Numbered from the stretch's first letter, positions 9,695-20,626 are shown. The stretch: 64,000 nucleotides of DNA from an uncultured Candidatus Cloacimonadota bacterium (GCA_964604155.1 CAZRXY010000105.1:3123-67122), one strand, 5' to 3'. Program-made: numbers and translations. Notes: generated by a model from the sequence alone, not told the origin.

Positions 9695-10477
9695 CTAAGA
9701 TCCGGCTAATCTTAACATCCTCGCAAAAGCACTCATAGACGTTCCTCGGTAATGCAATCGATGACGCGGATCAAAGGATGTGCCGTCCAGATAACGCAAT
9801 TCCAGATGCAAATGCGAATCCTTGCCCGAACGCGTCAAATTGCCCGTCACTCCAGTTAATCCCACTACCGTGTCCATAAATACCTCGTCTCCCGCTTCCA
9901 CATAAACCTCATTCAAATGCACATATATGGATATCAAACCCTCTGGATATAATATCTCCACTATCTTGCCATACTCTACCTGCGTGCTGTCACGCCCCCC
10001 ATCCGCACGAGTATATTCCACCCATTCCATATGATTCGGATTGTGGCTCACCCGCGTGACCACTCCATAATAACCCAATGGATAAACCTCGCTGTTCTCA
10101 GGAACAAATAAATCTATCCCCTCGTGAATCCGAGGAATACTGGAACTACCCCTCTTGCTGCCATAATGATCCTGAAAACGATTCCTCACATACTCATTTA
10201 TCAAATCCTGAAACGCCCGGCTTCCTTCTCCATCACGACCATCCCAAAATGGTGACTTGTATTCCGTAAACCTGTCCGCAAATTCCGGACTTATCAGCAG
10301 CTTCTGTTCCGATATCTTCATCGGATGATATACTACCAGCGAATCTCCACTGAAACCCAAAATCAGCAAATTACCCAACACACCCTCAAGCCGACGTATC
10401 CGCAATTGATCAGATACGATGATTCCCAGCAATATTATTATCACTATAAGCACCAGTAACACAGTTCGTGAACCCAT
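9695..10477 (-). CDS. M23 family metallopeptidase, membrane-anchored
   Basis: N-terminal TM helix, plus the HEGIDLF and SHLHLELR motifs (HxxxD and HxH of M23/LytM). Confidence 0.85.
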   Translation of the reverse strand: MGSRTVLLVLIVIIILLGIIVSDQLRIRRLEGVLGNLLILGFSGDSLVVYHPMKISEQKLLISPEFADRFTEYKSPFWDGRDGEGSRAFQDLINEYVRNRFQDHYGSKRGSSSIPRIHEGIDLFVPENSEVYPLGYYGVVTRVSHNPNHMEWVEYTRADGGRDSTQVEYGKIVEILYPEGLISIYVHLNEVYVEAGDEVFMDTVVGLTGVTGNLTRSGKDSHLHLELRYLDGTSFDPRHRLHYRGTSMSAFARMLRLAGS

Positions 10478-10570
10478 TTCACCTCCTGATTACAAATATT
10501 CTACTGCCATTTTTTTCTGCAATCTATTTCCACCGCTTGCTTACTATTTTTTCCCACCCGCAATAAACCC

Positions 10571-10576
10571 TTGACA
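10571..10576 (+). promoter_or_regulatory. TTGACA -35-like box upstream of rplM
   Basis: An exact TTGACA lies 55 nt upstream of the rplM ATG. There is no canonical TATAAT at 17 bp, so the -10 is uncertain. Confidence 0.35.
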
Positions 10577-10631
10577 GCAATACACCTTAATAAAAATTTT
10601 GCTGTCTCGAAAGTTATATGAAGGAGTCGAA

Positions 10632-11063
10632 ATGAAAACTTTGATACCAAAAGCTGATCAAATCCAGCAAAATTGGTACGTAGTTGATGCGACAGACCAG
10701 GTTCTGGGACGCCTCGCTACCCGCGTGGCAACCATTATCAGGGGAAAAAATAAACCATATTTCTCCCCTCACCTGGATACTGGCGATTTTGTTATCGTGA
10801 TTAATGCCGAAAAAGTCAGGCTCACTGGAAACAAGGAATTGCAAAAAACCTACCAACGCTACAGTGGATACCCCGATGGCTTAAAAACGATATCCTACAA
10901 GAGAATGATGGCAGAAAAACCTGACGAAATTATCAGACACGCCGTGAAAGGTATGCTGCCAAAAAACATCCTCGGCAGGCAATTGTTGCAAAAACTCAAA
11001 ATTTATGCTGGCGGAAATCACCCGCATCAGGCCCAAAAACCTGAAACTCTCGCTTTGGATTAG
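10632..11063 (+). CDS. rplM: 50S ribosomal protein L13
   Basis: [30 protein letters not shown]... is typical of L13. The ATG at 10632 has an AAGGAG RBS; the track start at 10599 is probably an over-extension. Confidence 0.95.
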   Translation: MKTLIPKADQIQQNWYVVDATDQVLGRLATRVATIIRGKNKPYFSPHLDTGDFVIVINAEKVRLTGNKELQKTYQRYSGYPDGLKTISYKRMMAEKPDEIIRHAVKGMLPKNILGRQLLQKLKIYAGGNHPHQAQKPETLALD

Positions 11064-11073
11064 GAGGAAATGA

Positions 11074-11460
11074 ATGCAGTATTTTGATGCTACTGGCCGT
11101 AGAAAAAATGCCGTCGCTCGAGTGAGACTCTCACCCGGTACCGGTAAAAGAACCGCTAATGGCCGCACTATGAAAACTTATCTCGCCCGCGAAACACTCG
11201 AAATGCTCGTGGAACAACCCCTCGATATCGCCGGACTCGCCGATAAAGTCGATATCAAGGTAAATGTCCACGGCGGAGGACTCTCAGGACAAGCCGGCGC
11301 TATCAGGCACGGAATTTCCAGAGCCATTATTAAATATGATGAAGAACTCCGCTCTCTACTGAAAAAGAACGGATTCCTCACCCGCGACCCCCGTAAAGTG
11401 GAAAGAAAGAAAGCTGGACAGCCAAAAGCTCGTAAAAGATTCCAGTTCTCTAAACGTTAA
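11074..11460 (+). CDS. rpsI: 30S ribosomal protein S9
   Basis: [12 protein letters not shown]...[19 protein letters not shown]...[11 protein letters not shown]. Confidence 0.95.
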   Translation: MQYFDATGRRKNAVARVRLSPGTGKRTANGRTMKTYLARETLEMLVEQPLDIAGLADKVDIKVNVHGGGLSGQAGAIRHGISRAIIKYDEELRSLLKKNGFLTRDPRKVERKKAGQPKARKRFQFSKR

Positions 11461-11580
11461 TTGCTCCATAATTATCGCAGACCTGCTCATGGCAAAGCGG
11501 TGTCCGTTCTCATTCATTAACGGATTGTATTGCCTGCTGTCTGCTGATCCATAACCGTATTAAGGAATTAAGGAGATTGT

Positions 11581-12360
11581 ATGTCAGTTGTAACTATGAA
11601 GCAACTTCTCGAAAGTGGTGTCCATTTTGGTCATCAAACCTATAAATGGAACCCTAAAATGGATAAATATATCTTTATCAAAAGAAATGGTATCCATATT
11701 CTCGACCTCAAACAAACCCTCGATGCCGTTAATGAAGCATATATGTTCATCCGTGAAACCGTCTCGAAAGGTAAAGATGTTCTGCTTATCGGCACTAAAA
11801 AACAGGCTAAAGATGCCATCATTAAAGCTGCTGTCAAATCTTCCGCCTTCTACGTCTCAAACAGATGGTATGGCGGGATGCTCACTAATATGAAAACCAT
11901 CAGAAGAAGAATCGAAAAACTCAGCTACTACGAACAGATTAATGAAGACGGCACTATTAAACAGTTCACTAAGCTTGAATTCACGAAACTTAAAAAAGAA
12001 TATGACAAAATCGATAACGCCCTTGGCGGCATCAGAAATATGGATGTCCTACCGGGTGCCGTTTTTATTGTCGATATTATCAAAGAAAGCATCGCCGTGA
12101 ACGAAGCCCGAAAACTCGGTATACCCATCGTCGCTATGGTGGACACTAATTGCGACCCCGATCTCGTAGATTATGTGATCCCCGCAAATGACGATGCTAT
12201 CCGAGCTATCGATCTGATCTCAGACCTGATGGCTACTGCCATCCTCGAAGGAAGAAATATCCTCACAGAAGGTGCTCATAACCCCGATGCGGCAAAAGAA
12301 GACACCTCACAAATGGATAACACCGATCTTGAAATAAATGAATCCGAGGATTCTGATTAA
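11581..12360 (+). CDS. rpsB: 30S ribosomal protein S2
   Basis: [22 protein letters not shown]..., in the conserved rpsB-tsf-pyrH-frr order. Confidence 0.95.
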   Translation: MSVVTMKQLLESGVHFGHQTYKWNPKMDKYIFIKRNGIHILDLKQTLDAVNEAYMFIRETVSKGKDVLLIGTKKQAKDAIIKAAVKSSAFYVSNRWYGGMLTNMKTIRRRIEKLSYYEQINEDGTIKQFTKLEFTKLKKEYDKIDNALGGIRNMDVLPGAVFIVDIIKESIAVNEARKLGIPIVAMVDTNCDPDLVDYVIPANDDAIRAIDLISDLMATAILEGRNILTEGAHNPDAAKEDTSQMDNTDLEINESEDSD

Positions 12361-12366
12361 TAACCC

Positions 12367-12409
12367 GGCGGGTGTATAAATTGCTTGTCCACCCGCCTCG
12401 TATTTTTTT
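12367..12409 (+). terminator. Hairpin plus T-tract between rpsB and tsf (terminator or attenuator)
   Basis: GGCGGGTG (12367-12374) pairs with CACCCGCC (12390-12397), followed by TCGTATTTTTTT. Confidence 0.6.
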
Positions 12410-12440
12410 GCTGAATTTTTAATTTGAAAGGAGACATAAA

Positions 12441-13034
12441 ATGGAAATTTCTGCTAAAGAAGTTATGGAATTAAGAAAAATTACCGGCGCCGGAATGATG
12501 GATTGCAAAAAAGCTCTCTCCGAATGCCAGGGAAATAAAGAAGATGCCATCAAATATCTTCGCGAAAAAGGCATCTCTAAAGCCGCTAAAAAAGCAGACC
12601 GCTCTACTAAAGAAGGTCTCGTCTATGCCTATATTCACTCAAATAATAAGCTCGGTGTTCTCCTCGAAATGAATTGCGAAACCGATTTCGTCGCCAAAAA
12701 TGAAGTCTTTGTAGAACTCTGCAAAAATGTCGCTATGCACATCGCAGCCACTAACCCTATGGCTGTTGACGAATCTGGGCTCGACCCAGATAAAATCGCC
12801 GAAGAAACCGAAATCTACAAAAATAAAGCTATCAATGACGGAAAACCCGAAAATATTATCCCTCGCATCGTCGAAGGGCAAATCGTTAAATATAAAAAAG
12901 ATAGCTGCCTGCTTAGCCAGGAATTCGTTAAAGACCCCGAGAAAACCGTCCAGGATATCATCACCGAAGCTATTGTTACTCTCGGTGAAAATATCCAGGT
13001 CGGAAGATTCGTTAGATTCTCACTCGGTAACTAA
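12441..13034 (+). CDS. tsf: Elongation factor Ts (short form)
   Basis: VMELRKITGAGMMDCKKAL...LEMNCETDFVAKN. Confidence 0.95.
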   Translation: MEISAKEVMELRKITGAGMMDCKKALSECQGNKEDAIKYLREKGISKAAKKADRSTKEGLVYAYIHSNNKLGVLLEMNCETDFVAKNEVFVELCKNVAMHIAATNPMAVDESGLDPDKIAEETEIYKNKAINDGKPENIIPRIVEGQIVKYKKDSCLLSQEFVKDPEKTVQDIITEAIVTLGENIQVGRFVRFSLGN

Positions 13035-13036
13035 GT

Positions 13037-13753
13037 ATGGCTGTCTTTAAACCCGGGAGCGTTATCCTTAAAATCTCCGGTGAAATCCTCGCCGGCTCTT
13101 CTGGCTTCGGCTTTGATTACAATGTTATCAGTGACATCGCCGACGGCATTATCGACGTGAGAAACCAGGGTTTTAGAATCGGTATCGTTATCGGCGGTGG
13201 CAATATTTTCCGCGGCGCTCAGAATAATGATTATCTGAACCGCTTCACCGCCGATAATATCGGTATGCTCGCTACTATCCAAAATGCGCTCTGTATGGCT
13301 GATATGCTTAGAAAAAAAAACTACCCCGCTGAAATTTTCTCCGCCGTCCAATGCGATAAAATCGTCCGCTTCTTCTCCGCAGAAACTGCCATTCACTCAT
13401 TCAACAAAGGAAATATCTGCCTCTTCACCGCCGGCACCGCTAATCCATTCTTCACCACCGATACCGCCGCTGTTCTTCGCGCTATCGAAATGAACGCAGA
13501 CCTCGTGCTCAAAGGCACAAAAGTCGATGGCGTCTATTCCGCAGACCCTAATACCAATAAAAATGCCGTGCTCTATAAAAAACTTACCTACGATAAGGCT
13601 CTCGCTGATAAACTTAATATCATGGATATGACCGCCTTCTCACTCGCACGTGATAACCACATGCCCCTGAAAATCTTTAATATCTCTCACCCCGCTATGA
13701 TTCTTAAGGCTATCATCGATCCAGATATCGGGACGCTCGTCCATGACGCATAA
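13037..13753 (+). CDS. pyrH: UMP kinase
   Basis: ILKISGE...VIGGGNIFRG...GTANPFFTTDTAAVLRAIE...KVDGVYSADP. Confidence 0.95.
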   Translation: MAVFKPGSVILKISGEILAGSSGFGFDYNVISDIADGIIDVRNQGFRIGIVIGGGNIFRGAQNNDYLNRFTADNIGMLATIQNALCMADMLRKKNYPAEIFSAVQCDKIVRFFSAETAIHSFNKGNICLFTAGTANPFFTTDTAAVLRAIEMNADLVLKGTKVDGVYSADPNTNKNAVLYKKLTYDKALADKLNIMDMTAFSLARDNHMPLKIFNISHPAMILKAIIDPDIGTLVHDA

Positions 13754-13792
13754 CAAATTATCCTATATCTCTATAAAAGGAGTTAGTTTATT

Positions 13793-14347
13793 ATGGAAAA
13801 CCTGATCTTTGAATTCGACCTTAAAATGGAAGCCACTTTTGATGCACTGATCAAAAAATTCGCCAGCACCAGAACCGGCAGAGCAAATACCGCCGTCCTC
13901 GAAAATATCTCTATCGATTACTACGGACAGCAAACCCCTATTAAACAGCTCTGCAACATCTCTATCCCGGAACCAAGACTAATCGTCGTGCAACCCTGGG
14001 ATAAAACATCACTTCCTCTCATCGAAAAAGCTCTCCTCGCCTCAAATATCGGCGTCACTCCCGAAAACGACGGAAATGTTATCAGATTACCGTTCCAGCC
14101 TCTCACTCAGGAAACCAGACGGGATATCGTTAAAAATATTAAAAAAATGGCGGAAGATGCCAAAATCTCTATACGAAACATCAGACGTGATGCTAATGAA
14201 GAACTCAAAAAAATGGAAAAAGATAGCTCTATCACAGAAGATGATCTCAAAACCGGCCTCAAAAGTATCCAGGATAATACCGATAAATGGATCGATAAAA
14301 TCTCCGATACCGCTAAATCTAAAGAAACCGAAATTATGGAAGTATAA
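13793..14347 (+). CDS. frr: Ribosome recycling factor
   Basis: FASTRTGRANTAVLENISIDYYG...IRLPFQPLTQETRRDIVK. Confidence 0.95.
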   Translation: MENLIFEFDLKMEATFDALIKKFASTRTGRANTAVLENISIDYYGQQTPIKQLCNISIPEPRLIVVQPWDKTSLPLIEKALLASNIGVTPENDGNVIRLPFQPLTQETRRDIVKNIKKMAEDAKISIRNIRRDANEELKKMEKDSSITEDDLKTGLKSIQDNTDKWIDKISDTAKSKETEIMEV

Positions 14348-14355
14348 AAAACAAA

Positions 14356-14547
14356 ATGACAGAAACTAAAAAAAATAAAATCCTCTACTTTATCACAAGT
14401 GAGTGCATCTCCTGTGGTATTTGCCTCGATGTCTGCCCCATTGATGCCATCGAAGAAGGCGAAAACCAATACGTGATTAATTCCACCTGCATCAATTGCG
14501 GAAAATGCAAAGACGCCTGCCCCATAGAAGCCATCAAAGACAGATAA
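14356..14547 (+). CDS. Small 2x[4Fe-4S] ferredoxin
   Basis: Two CxxCxxCxxxCP motifs: CISCGICLDVCP and CINCGKCKDACP. Confidence 0.85.
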   Translation: MTETKKNKILYFITSECISCGICLDVCPIDAIEEGENQYVINSTCINCGKCKDACPIEAIKDR

Positions 14548-14627
14548 CCACTAAAAACATATATATCCCCTATACCTATTAAAATATCAAATTACAACAA
14601 CTCTCCATACTCTATACAAATAAATTG

Positions 14628-14680
14628 CCGCGAGTTTTAACTCGTGGGTCTATCTACGAAAATAATGGGGTTTTAACCCC
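14628..14680. repeat. Hairpin pair: CCGCGAGTT-TTA-ACTCGTGGG and GGGGTTTTAACCCC
   Basis: Palindromes at 14628-14647 and 14667-14680. The same two hairpin types recur at 20937-20991 and 31372-31425. Confidence 0.7.
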
Positions 14681-14723
14681 TCATCTTCATATATTACGTA
14701 CCTGATACAATTCCCTTTTTTAG

Positions 14724-15463
14724 AAAAATGCTCTCAATTCTGCTGCCAATAGCGTCTCTAATCCCCAGTATAAGGGGCATGGCGAGATTCTGAGGAAGCT
14801 GTATGATTATACACCATATTTTTTAACGCCGGGGAATTATCAATTTCCGGGTAAGACGGTATTTTTTATCCGCGAAAGGGCTGTTTATCAATTGCAAATA
14901 GCGGGTATGGCAGGATTTAGCTGGCAACAGAGAATCTGCCGGCGTACTCGGATAAATCTCAGTTTTGCAGAGACTGGGGTCTATGAAGTTATAGTTCCTA
15001 AAGATGAAGGAGATGAATAATGCCGCAGGAGGTTCATCGTTCTCGAATATGGGGCTGATTTGCAGGCAGCCTATCTGGAATACCTGAGCGAGTATCTGGA
15101 AGAAATACTTTCTCAGGAAGTACCTGATTTTGAGCAGATTCGCAGTTATAAAACGGGCTGGTACCCAAAGGCAGCATAGTGCTGGGCATAAGCGGCACAT
15201 ATCAGGGACAGATTTACTATATGCGACGCGGCAGCAGCATCACTTTTCTTCGCCAGAATTATGATCACACTGCCAATGATCAATCCCAGCGGTTAAAGCT
15301 GCTGAAGGCAGGAGCGATAACAGCCTGGAACAATGAGAGTATAGAATTCAAAGAAGAATGGTCAAGACGATTTAATGGATGGTATCAGCGGAATTTCTAT
15401 AAGCTGCAAAGGATGATCACGCCCTATTTGTGGTATGTGGGCTCTTACGTAAACCGTGAGTAG
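14724..15463 (+). pseudogene. Possible frameshifted gene remnant of unknown function
   Basis: Three consecutive protein-like open segments lie in three different + frames. Segment 1 is 14724-15020 (...YKGHGEILRKLYDYTPYF...VYEVIVPKDEGDE*) and has no usable start codon. Segment 2 ends at TAG 15177-15179 (FIVLEYGADLQAAYLEYLSEYLEEILSQEVPDFEQIRSYKTGWYPKAA*). Segment 3 is track ORF 15179-15463. The antisense track ORF 14823-15200 has junk-like composition. Confidence 0.35.
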
Positions 15464-15573
15464 CTCTATATAGAAACAAGGGGATTATTACAGAAACAGC
15501 TTTATACAAAAGTTTTATCATGAAATAGTTATTACTTCAGGTATAACAATTATAAAAACATCCGCTGTGATTT

Positions 15574-16596
15574 TTATTTGTAGTATTTTTTGGTGAAGCC
15601 GGTTATCCAGGTGCCTGGGGGTAAAAATGGTTTTTGGATGAGAGCGGTGAGGAATCCGCAGCCATAGGCGATAACCTGGGTAAAAAGTGTGATCACAGAG
15701 AGCAATCCCACGCGAGCGGAGCGGTTACGGACGGCGGACTGGCAGCCGGCGAATATTGCGATTGTGAGGGCTAATACGGCTTCGATAGAGAGGATTTGAC
15801 GGGCGGTTTGCCAGAAGACGGCACCTGAGAGGGTCAATATTAGAATCACCAGCAGAATGGCGGGAAGAGCGTGAACCGGTTTTAGCATCTGTGGATCTAT
15901 ATTACCCAGATTTATGCGGGTGACGCCCCAGTTAAAAATCTGTTTGAAAAATCGTTTCAGGTTAGTTCTACGTTTATGATAAACAATGATATCAGGGAAG
16001 AAAACGATTTTGAAACCGGCTTTATATATGCGGTTAGAATATTCCATATCTTGTCCGTGTCTCAGGTCGTTCATACCGCCGATCTGGTTATATATACGTT
16101 TTTTTATACCCATATTAAAGCTGCGTGGGTAATATTTTGCGATGCTTTTTTTTGCGCCTCTTGTGCCGCCAGTGCCGATAAAAGACGTCATAGAGTAATT
16201 AACTGCTTTCAGGAATGGTGGGAAATCGTCTTTTTGTGTATCGGGACCTCCGAAGGCATCGAAGTCACAATTATCGAGTTTATCTTTCAGTTTTTCTATA
16301 TAATCGGATGGAACGGTGCAATCTGAATCAATGAACACAAAGAGGTCGCCTTTTGCGTGAGCCATTCCCAGATTTCGGGCGGCGCCTGGTCCTTGATTTT
16401 TTTGTTTGAGTAATTGGAGGCTGAGTTTATTTTTAAAATTTTCATAAACGGAGGGCAGATGGTCGGAAGAGCCGTCATCCACAATAACGATCTCGAAGCC
16501 GGATATTTTTCTTTGATCATTAAAAGAGGACAAGAACTCAGCCATCTCATCCGCCCTGTTAAATACGGGTACAATTATAGAAATCAGGTTATTCAT
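15574..16596 (-). CDS. Family 2 glycosyltransferase with C-terminal transmembrane segments
   Basis: IIVPVFNR...IVIVDDGSSD...FIDSDC...GQDMEYSNR, followed by three or four hydrophobic helices. Confidence 0.85.
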   Translation of the reverse strand: MNNLISIIVPVFNRADEMAEFLSSFNDQRKISGFEIVIVDDGSSDHLPSVYENFKNKLSLQLLKQKNQGPGAARNLGMAHAKGDLFVFIDSDCTVPSDYIEKLKDKLDNCDFDAFGGPDTQKDDFPPFLKAVNYSMTSFIGTGGTRGAKKSIAKYYPRSFNMGIKKRIYNQIGGMNDLRHGQDMEYSNRIYKAGFKIVFFPDIIVYHKRRTNLKRFFKQIFNWGVTRINLGNIDPQMLKPVHALPAILLVILILTLSGAVFWQTARQILSIEAVLALTIAIFAGCQSAVRNRSARVGLLSVITLFTQVIAYGCGFLTALIQKPFLPPGTWITGFTKKYYK

Positions 16597-16597
16597 T

Positions 16598-19054
16598 TCA
16601 AGTAATTTTTTGTTTTTTATGCTTTCTTATGTAATCAGCGGCGAGGGCAAGCAGGAGCAGCCAGGCGATACCATGAGCAATATAGGAGATTTTAAGAAAT
16701 CTGAGATAGGTATCCGGCTGGAATTCGAAGCGTACGGTATGTTCTCCGGGAGTATCGATATAGATAGAGCGGAGGACGTGGTTGGTTTTATAGATATTTT
16801 TTTCACTGCCATCCACGAAGCATTTCCAGCCGGCGGGATAGAAGATTTCTGAAGCGATCATAAGGGCTGGTTTATCATTAGTGACCTTATATTCAATAAA
16901 GTTATATGAAGCTTCCACCACATCGATACTGCCTGTTATTATATCGGGTTTGATATCAAAATCCGGTTGTTCTTCGAGAATAGCGGTGCTATAGGCATCG
17001 AATTCTGGATCATTAATGGCATTTAAGCGTGCGATGCGCTCAGGGATCACCAGATAATCGTAGGCGAACCAGGCAGGTCTGGCATTGAATTTTGTTCTAT
17101 AGGTGAAGAGGTTTTTTGCACTATCGTGGTAGTAGAGCGAGAGTTTATCTTCGGGCAGAGCTTGAGAGCTGACGAGATATTTTGTATTCAGCATTTTAAG
17201 TACGTTCCAGTTAATGGGGAATTGAGGATTATCGCCTTCATAGAGGCAGGATTCTATAATGTCCTGGTAAATGCGCAATTTTGCGGCATTATAGCCGCCA
17301 ATTGAATTATGATAATAAGAATAATCATTGGAGTTAAAGGGATTTTCGGTGATTGGGAAAACGCGAAAATAGCTTTCATCCTGGAGTAGGATTTTATTTG
17401 TATTGGTGATCCTGAAGTGGTTGTTTTCGAGGAGTTGTGGATTGCTGAGTTCACCTTCTGCTTTTTTAACATAAGGTATCTGGTCTGAGAGCATCAGTCC
17501 CAGCAATAGGGCAATAAAGATGAGAGGTTTGATTTTTTTTGCGAGACAGGCAAAAATGATGAGGCAGGTGGCGAGTGCATACAGGATGAGCCTGATGCCG
17601 TCTGACTGCATCATATCGAGTCTGGCGGCTGCGATGATCTTAGCGGAATCGCTGCCGTAGCGAGAGACATCGTCACTTTTTATCATGTTAAATGAAGAAC
17701 CAAAGAGGTATGGAATAAGCCCTGCGATGATCAGAATTGCGGCGACAGTGAAAATGGTTTTTTTTAGCTTGGTATCAGATTTGAGGATAGTATCTAAACC
17801 GAATCCTGCCAGGATTGCTGAGAGCATGAAAATCACGAGCTGCATCATTGCGGGTGCACGGAATTTATTGAAGGCGGGAACGTAATGAAAGAATAAATTA
17901 TAGAAAGCGGTGAAATGCCTGCCGAATGCCAGCAGAAGCGAAAGCAGAAAGAGAGCTGAAAGCAGTTTTATAATGGGCTTCTTCCAATTAGCGATCAATC
18001 CCACCAGGGCAAGAAATGCCATAATAATCCCAATATAATCATAAGTCTGGGTAAAAGGCATATGCCCCCAATAGCCCGGGATCATTTTATCTTTTAATTG
18101 CGGGACTTTAGAGCCGGTGTATAATTCCTGCGAGGTGCCGCCAAAGAACCGAGGCATAGTCCAATTAAAAACTGCCAGCGGGTGCATAGACCAGCTTGTG
18201 GCATAGCTGCTATCCAGACCTGTAGAGCCTGTTTCTCCGGTACCGCCTCGGATAGAATATGGAGTATATTCGCCAGCCACAAAGACCGGCTGGGCGACCA
18301 TACCGATAATGAGCAGGCAGGCGGGGATAAGTAGGAGGAATTTTTTCAGGGCAATATCTGCCTTTCCGGTACGGAGGAGATTAATGAGATAAAAGAGCCC
18401 GAGGAATATGAGTATGAGAATCTGATAAAAGATCACCTGGTAATGATGGGTCCGAATCTGGACGGCAAAACTGAAAATGAATCCGATGAGCCAGAGGAGA
18501 TTTTTTTTATTGATAAAATTTAGGAAGAAAAAGGTGACCAGAGGCATATACATCACGGGTCTGAATTTCTGGAAATGCCCGATAGACAGGATAGACATAT
18601 AATGCGGGATGAGAATAAAGCCCAGGGCACAGAAGGCAGAGGCATACCAGCTAAGCTTAAAGAATCTGAGCAGATAAAACATACCGATGAAGCCAAGGAG
18701 ATAGAGCCAGATATTCAGATACAAAATCTCAGCGAGATGGAAATGGATGATCGTATCAAAATTAAAAGCCTTAGCACCATTACGGTGATAGGTAGGCATA
18801 CCGGAAAACACTTTGGAATTCCAGAGGACAATTTCTCCAGTTTCCTGCTCATATTCCTTTAACTGATGAGAGGCACCTTTTGAGCCAATAACATCGACAC
18901 CCCCGGGTCGCAAGCCTTTGAATGCCATAGGATACAGCACCGTAAGCAGCATGATAAAAACGGCAGCAAAAAGAACAAGCTGCCACCACCAGGCTTGCGG
19001 GTCTTTGAGCTCGCTGCTTCGCTTTAACTCGGGAATATGTTTTTTCTTAGTCAT
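16598..19054 (-). CDS. YfhO-like large polytopic membrane protein (GT-C-type extracytoplasmic glycosyltransferase candidate)
   Basis: 818 aa with about 12 N-terminal TM helices, a soluble C-terminal domain and a terminal TM helix. This architecture and size are typical of the YfhO family. It starts 1 nt after the GT2 gene. Confidence 0.65.
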   Translation of the reverse strand: MTKKKHIPELKRSSELKDPQAWWWQLVLFAAVFIMLLTVLYPMAFKGLRPGGVDVIGSKGASHQLKEYEQETGEIVLWNSKVFSGMPTYHRNGAKAFNFDTIIHFHLAEILYLNIWLYLLGFIGMFYLLRFFKLSWYASAFCALGFILIPHYMSILSIGHFQKFRPVMYMPLVTFFFLNFINKKNLLWLIGFIFSFAVQIRTHHYQVIFYQILILIFLGLFYLINLLRTGKADIALKKFLLLIPACLLIIGMVAQPVFVAGEYTPYSIRGGTGETGSTGLDSSYATSWSMHPLAVFNWTMPRFFGGTSQELYTGSKVPQLKDKMIPGYWGHMPFTQTYDYIGIIMAFLALVGLIANWKKPIIKLLSALFLLSLLLAFGRHFTAFYNLFFHYVPAFNKFRAPAMMQLVIFMLSAILAGFGLDTILKSDTKLKKTIFTVAAILIIAGLIPYLFGSSFNMIKSDDVSRYGSDSAKIIAAARLDMMQSDGIRLILYALATCLIIFACLAKKIKPLIFIALLLGLMLSDQIPYVKKAEGELSNPQLLENNHFRITNTNKILLQDESYFRVFPITENPFNSNDYSYYHNSIGGYNAAKLRIYQDIIESCLYEGDNPQFPINWNVLKMLNTKYLVSSQALPEDKLSLYYHDSAKNLFTYRTKFNARPAWFAYDYLVIPERIARLNAINDPEFDAYSTAILEEQPDFDIKPDIITGSIDVVEASYNFIEYKVTNDKPALMIASEIFYPAGWKCFVDGSEKNIYKTNHVLRSIYIDTPGEHTVRFEFQPDTYLRFLKISYIAHGIAWLLLLALAADYIRKHKKQKIT

Positions 19055-20557
19055 CTATTCACCTCCGATTTCTTTTTTAAACAGCCTGATAATATTTTCA
19101 GGCTTTGACCACTTGGCAAGAGACTGTCTGGCTCTTTTGATCTCGTGCTTTTCAAAAAATCCCAGTAAATAGAGGAGCACCGGGTAGAGAATGAGGATAA
19201 TCACATCAGTGATCATCCTGAGAATCACCTGCCACTCCGGGATAACAAGCCAGATATAAATCAATCCGATGCCAACTAAAAACGCTTTCAAATATTTGAC
19301 AACCTCATAATTTGAATAACCATATTTTTTATTTATGGCAAGGCAGACGAGTACGGCGACAGCCTGCGAGGCGGCAGTAGTGAGAGCAGCGCCCAGAGAA
19401 CCCAGCCGGGGAATCACCAGAAAATTTAAAATTAGATTCATCACGCCAGCACCTATCGCTATCAAAGATATAAGATAAGATTTTTTCATCTTTGCCATTG
19501 GCATAAAGAGCATGGAACGCATCCCGAAAAGGATAGCACTTGCCACCAGATATGGCACGATGTGCAGAGAATCATAATAATCCGCATTGGCAGTGAGAAA
19601 TTTTATCACCGTCTTACTGATAATACTGAGTAATATCCCGCTGTAGATAGCAATAAAGGTAAAATAAGTGATAGATTTATCAAAAAAATGGTCATGTTTT
19701 TCATTATTGATCTCATTGTAGTATTTGATATTATAGGTTCTCATAAAGGAGCGGACTATCAGCAGCTTTATAAGGCTGGCAACTTTATAGGCAAGAGAAT
19801 ATTGCCCTACATCGGAAAGTGAATAGTAATGCTTGAGAATAAAGCGATCACTAAGCGTCATCACTAGAGCAAAAAGTGCCGAAATTGCCAGAGGCAGAGA
19901 ATATCTGATCATTTTTTTGAGAAGTTGTAATTCTATAACGAGCTTTATTTCTCGGGAAAGATAGGGGATCAGCAGCAAAAATACAAGCATATTACCACAA
20001 ATCTGTCCCAGAAACACGCCCTCAATGCTCATATTTAGCTGCATGATAAAGAATACCGTGGTGATTAAGACGGTGCCAAGATTTATCAGCACATATCTGG
20101 TTTGCCTCATCACCTGCTGCTTGATCTGCATGAGATAAATGACCCTGAGCACTATCACCCGCAGCAGAATATTAATGAGGAATATACCAATGACGGAGGT
20201 GGAGACAGCTATATCAAAAATCTGGAGTGAATACATGTCTATCAGGAAAAAACCGATAAGAAGACAGATAAACGTGGAGATTATAGAAAATAAAAGCGTA
20301 GTGAAAAACAAGGATTTTTGACGGTCTTTGCCTTCATTATCCCAGTACCAGCGATTGAAACCGTTCTCTATGCCCAGTGAGGAAGTGGCTATTATCACGT
20401 CTGCCAATATCTCAAAAAGAGCCAGTAAGCCATAAACTTCTATAGAAAAATTACGCGCATAGACCGGTAAAAGAATAAAGCCGATCAATTTAACGGCAAT
20501 ATTTCCGATGCCGTAATAAAAAGTCTGCTTTGCTGCACTTCTGATCCTCTCTATCAC
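19055..20557 (-). CDS. Wzx/MOP-superfamily oligosaccharide flippase
   Basis: 500 aa with about 14 TM helices. N-terminus FYYGIGNIAVKLIGFILLPVYARNFSIEVYG. GTG start with an AGGAGG about 14 nt upstream. Confidence 0.75.
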   Translation of the reverse strand: MIERIRSAAKQTFYYGIGNIAVKLIGFILLPVYARNFSIEVYGLLALFEILADVIIATSSLGIENGFNRWYWDNEGKDRQKSLFFTTLLFSIISTFICLLIGFFLIDMYSLQIFDIAVSTSVIGIFLINILLRVIVLRVIYLMQIKQQVMRQTRYVLINLGTVLITTVFFIMQLNMSIEGVFLGQICGNMLVFLLLIPYLSREIKLVIELQLLKKMIRYSLPLAISALFALVMTLSDRFILKHYYSLSDVGQYSLAYKVASLIKLLIVRSFMRTYNIKYYNEINNEKHDHFFDKSITYFTFIAIYSGILLSIISKTVIKFLTANADYYDSLHIVPYLVASAILFGMRSMLFMPMAKMKKSYLISLIAIGAGVMNLILNFLVIPRLGSLGAALTTAASQAVAVLVCLAINKKYGYSNYEVVKYLKAFLVGIGLIYIWLVIPEWQVILRMITDVIILILYPVLLYLLGFFEKHEIKRARQSLAKWSKPENIIRLFKKEIGGE

Positions 20558-20626
20558 CAGGGCTTTATAACCTCCTGTAATCTTTCAGTCCGACAATCTT
20601 TCTTATTTTGGTAGATCATGGAATTC

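Noticed and set aside
14823-15200. 125-aa minus-strand ORF in the 14.6-15.5 kb gap.
   Set aside because: Its Cys/Leu/Phe/Arg-rich sequence looks like an antisense artefact. The + strand carries more protein-like, though frameshifted, segments.
15574-19054. The GT2 at 15574-16596 as a CsbB/GtrB-type partner of YfhO.
   Set aside because: It lacks the DxDLQxxPE signature of polyprenyl-P GT2s and has DSDC...QDME instead. That signature is found in the other GT2 (25526-26284), so the simple CsbB-YfhO pairing was not asserted.
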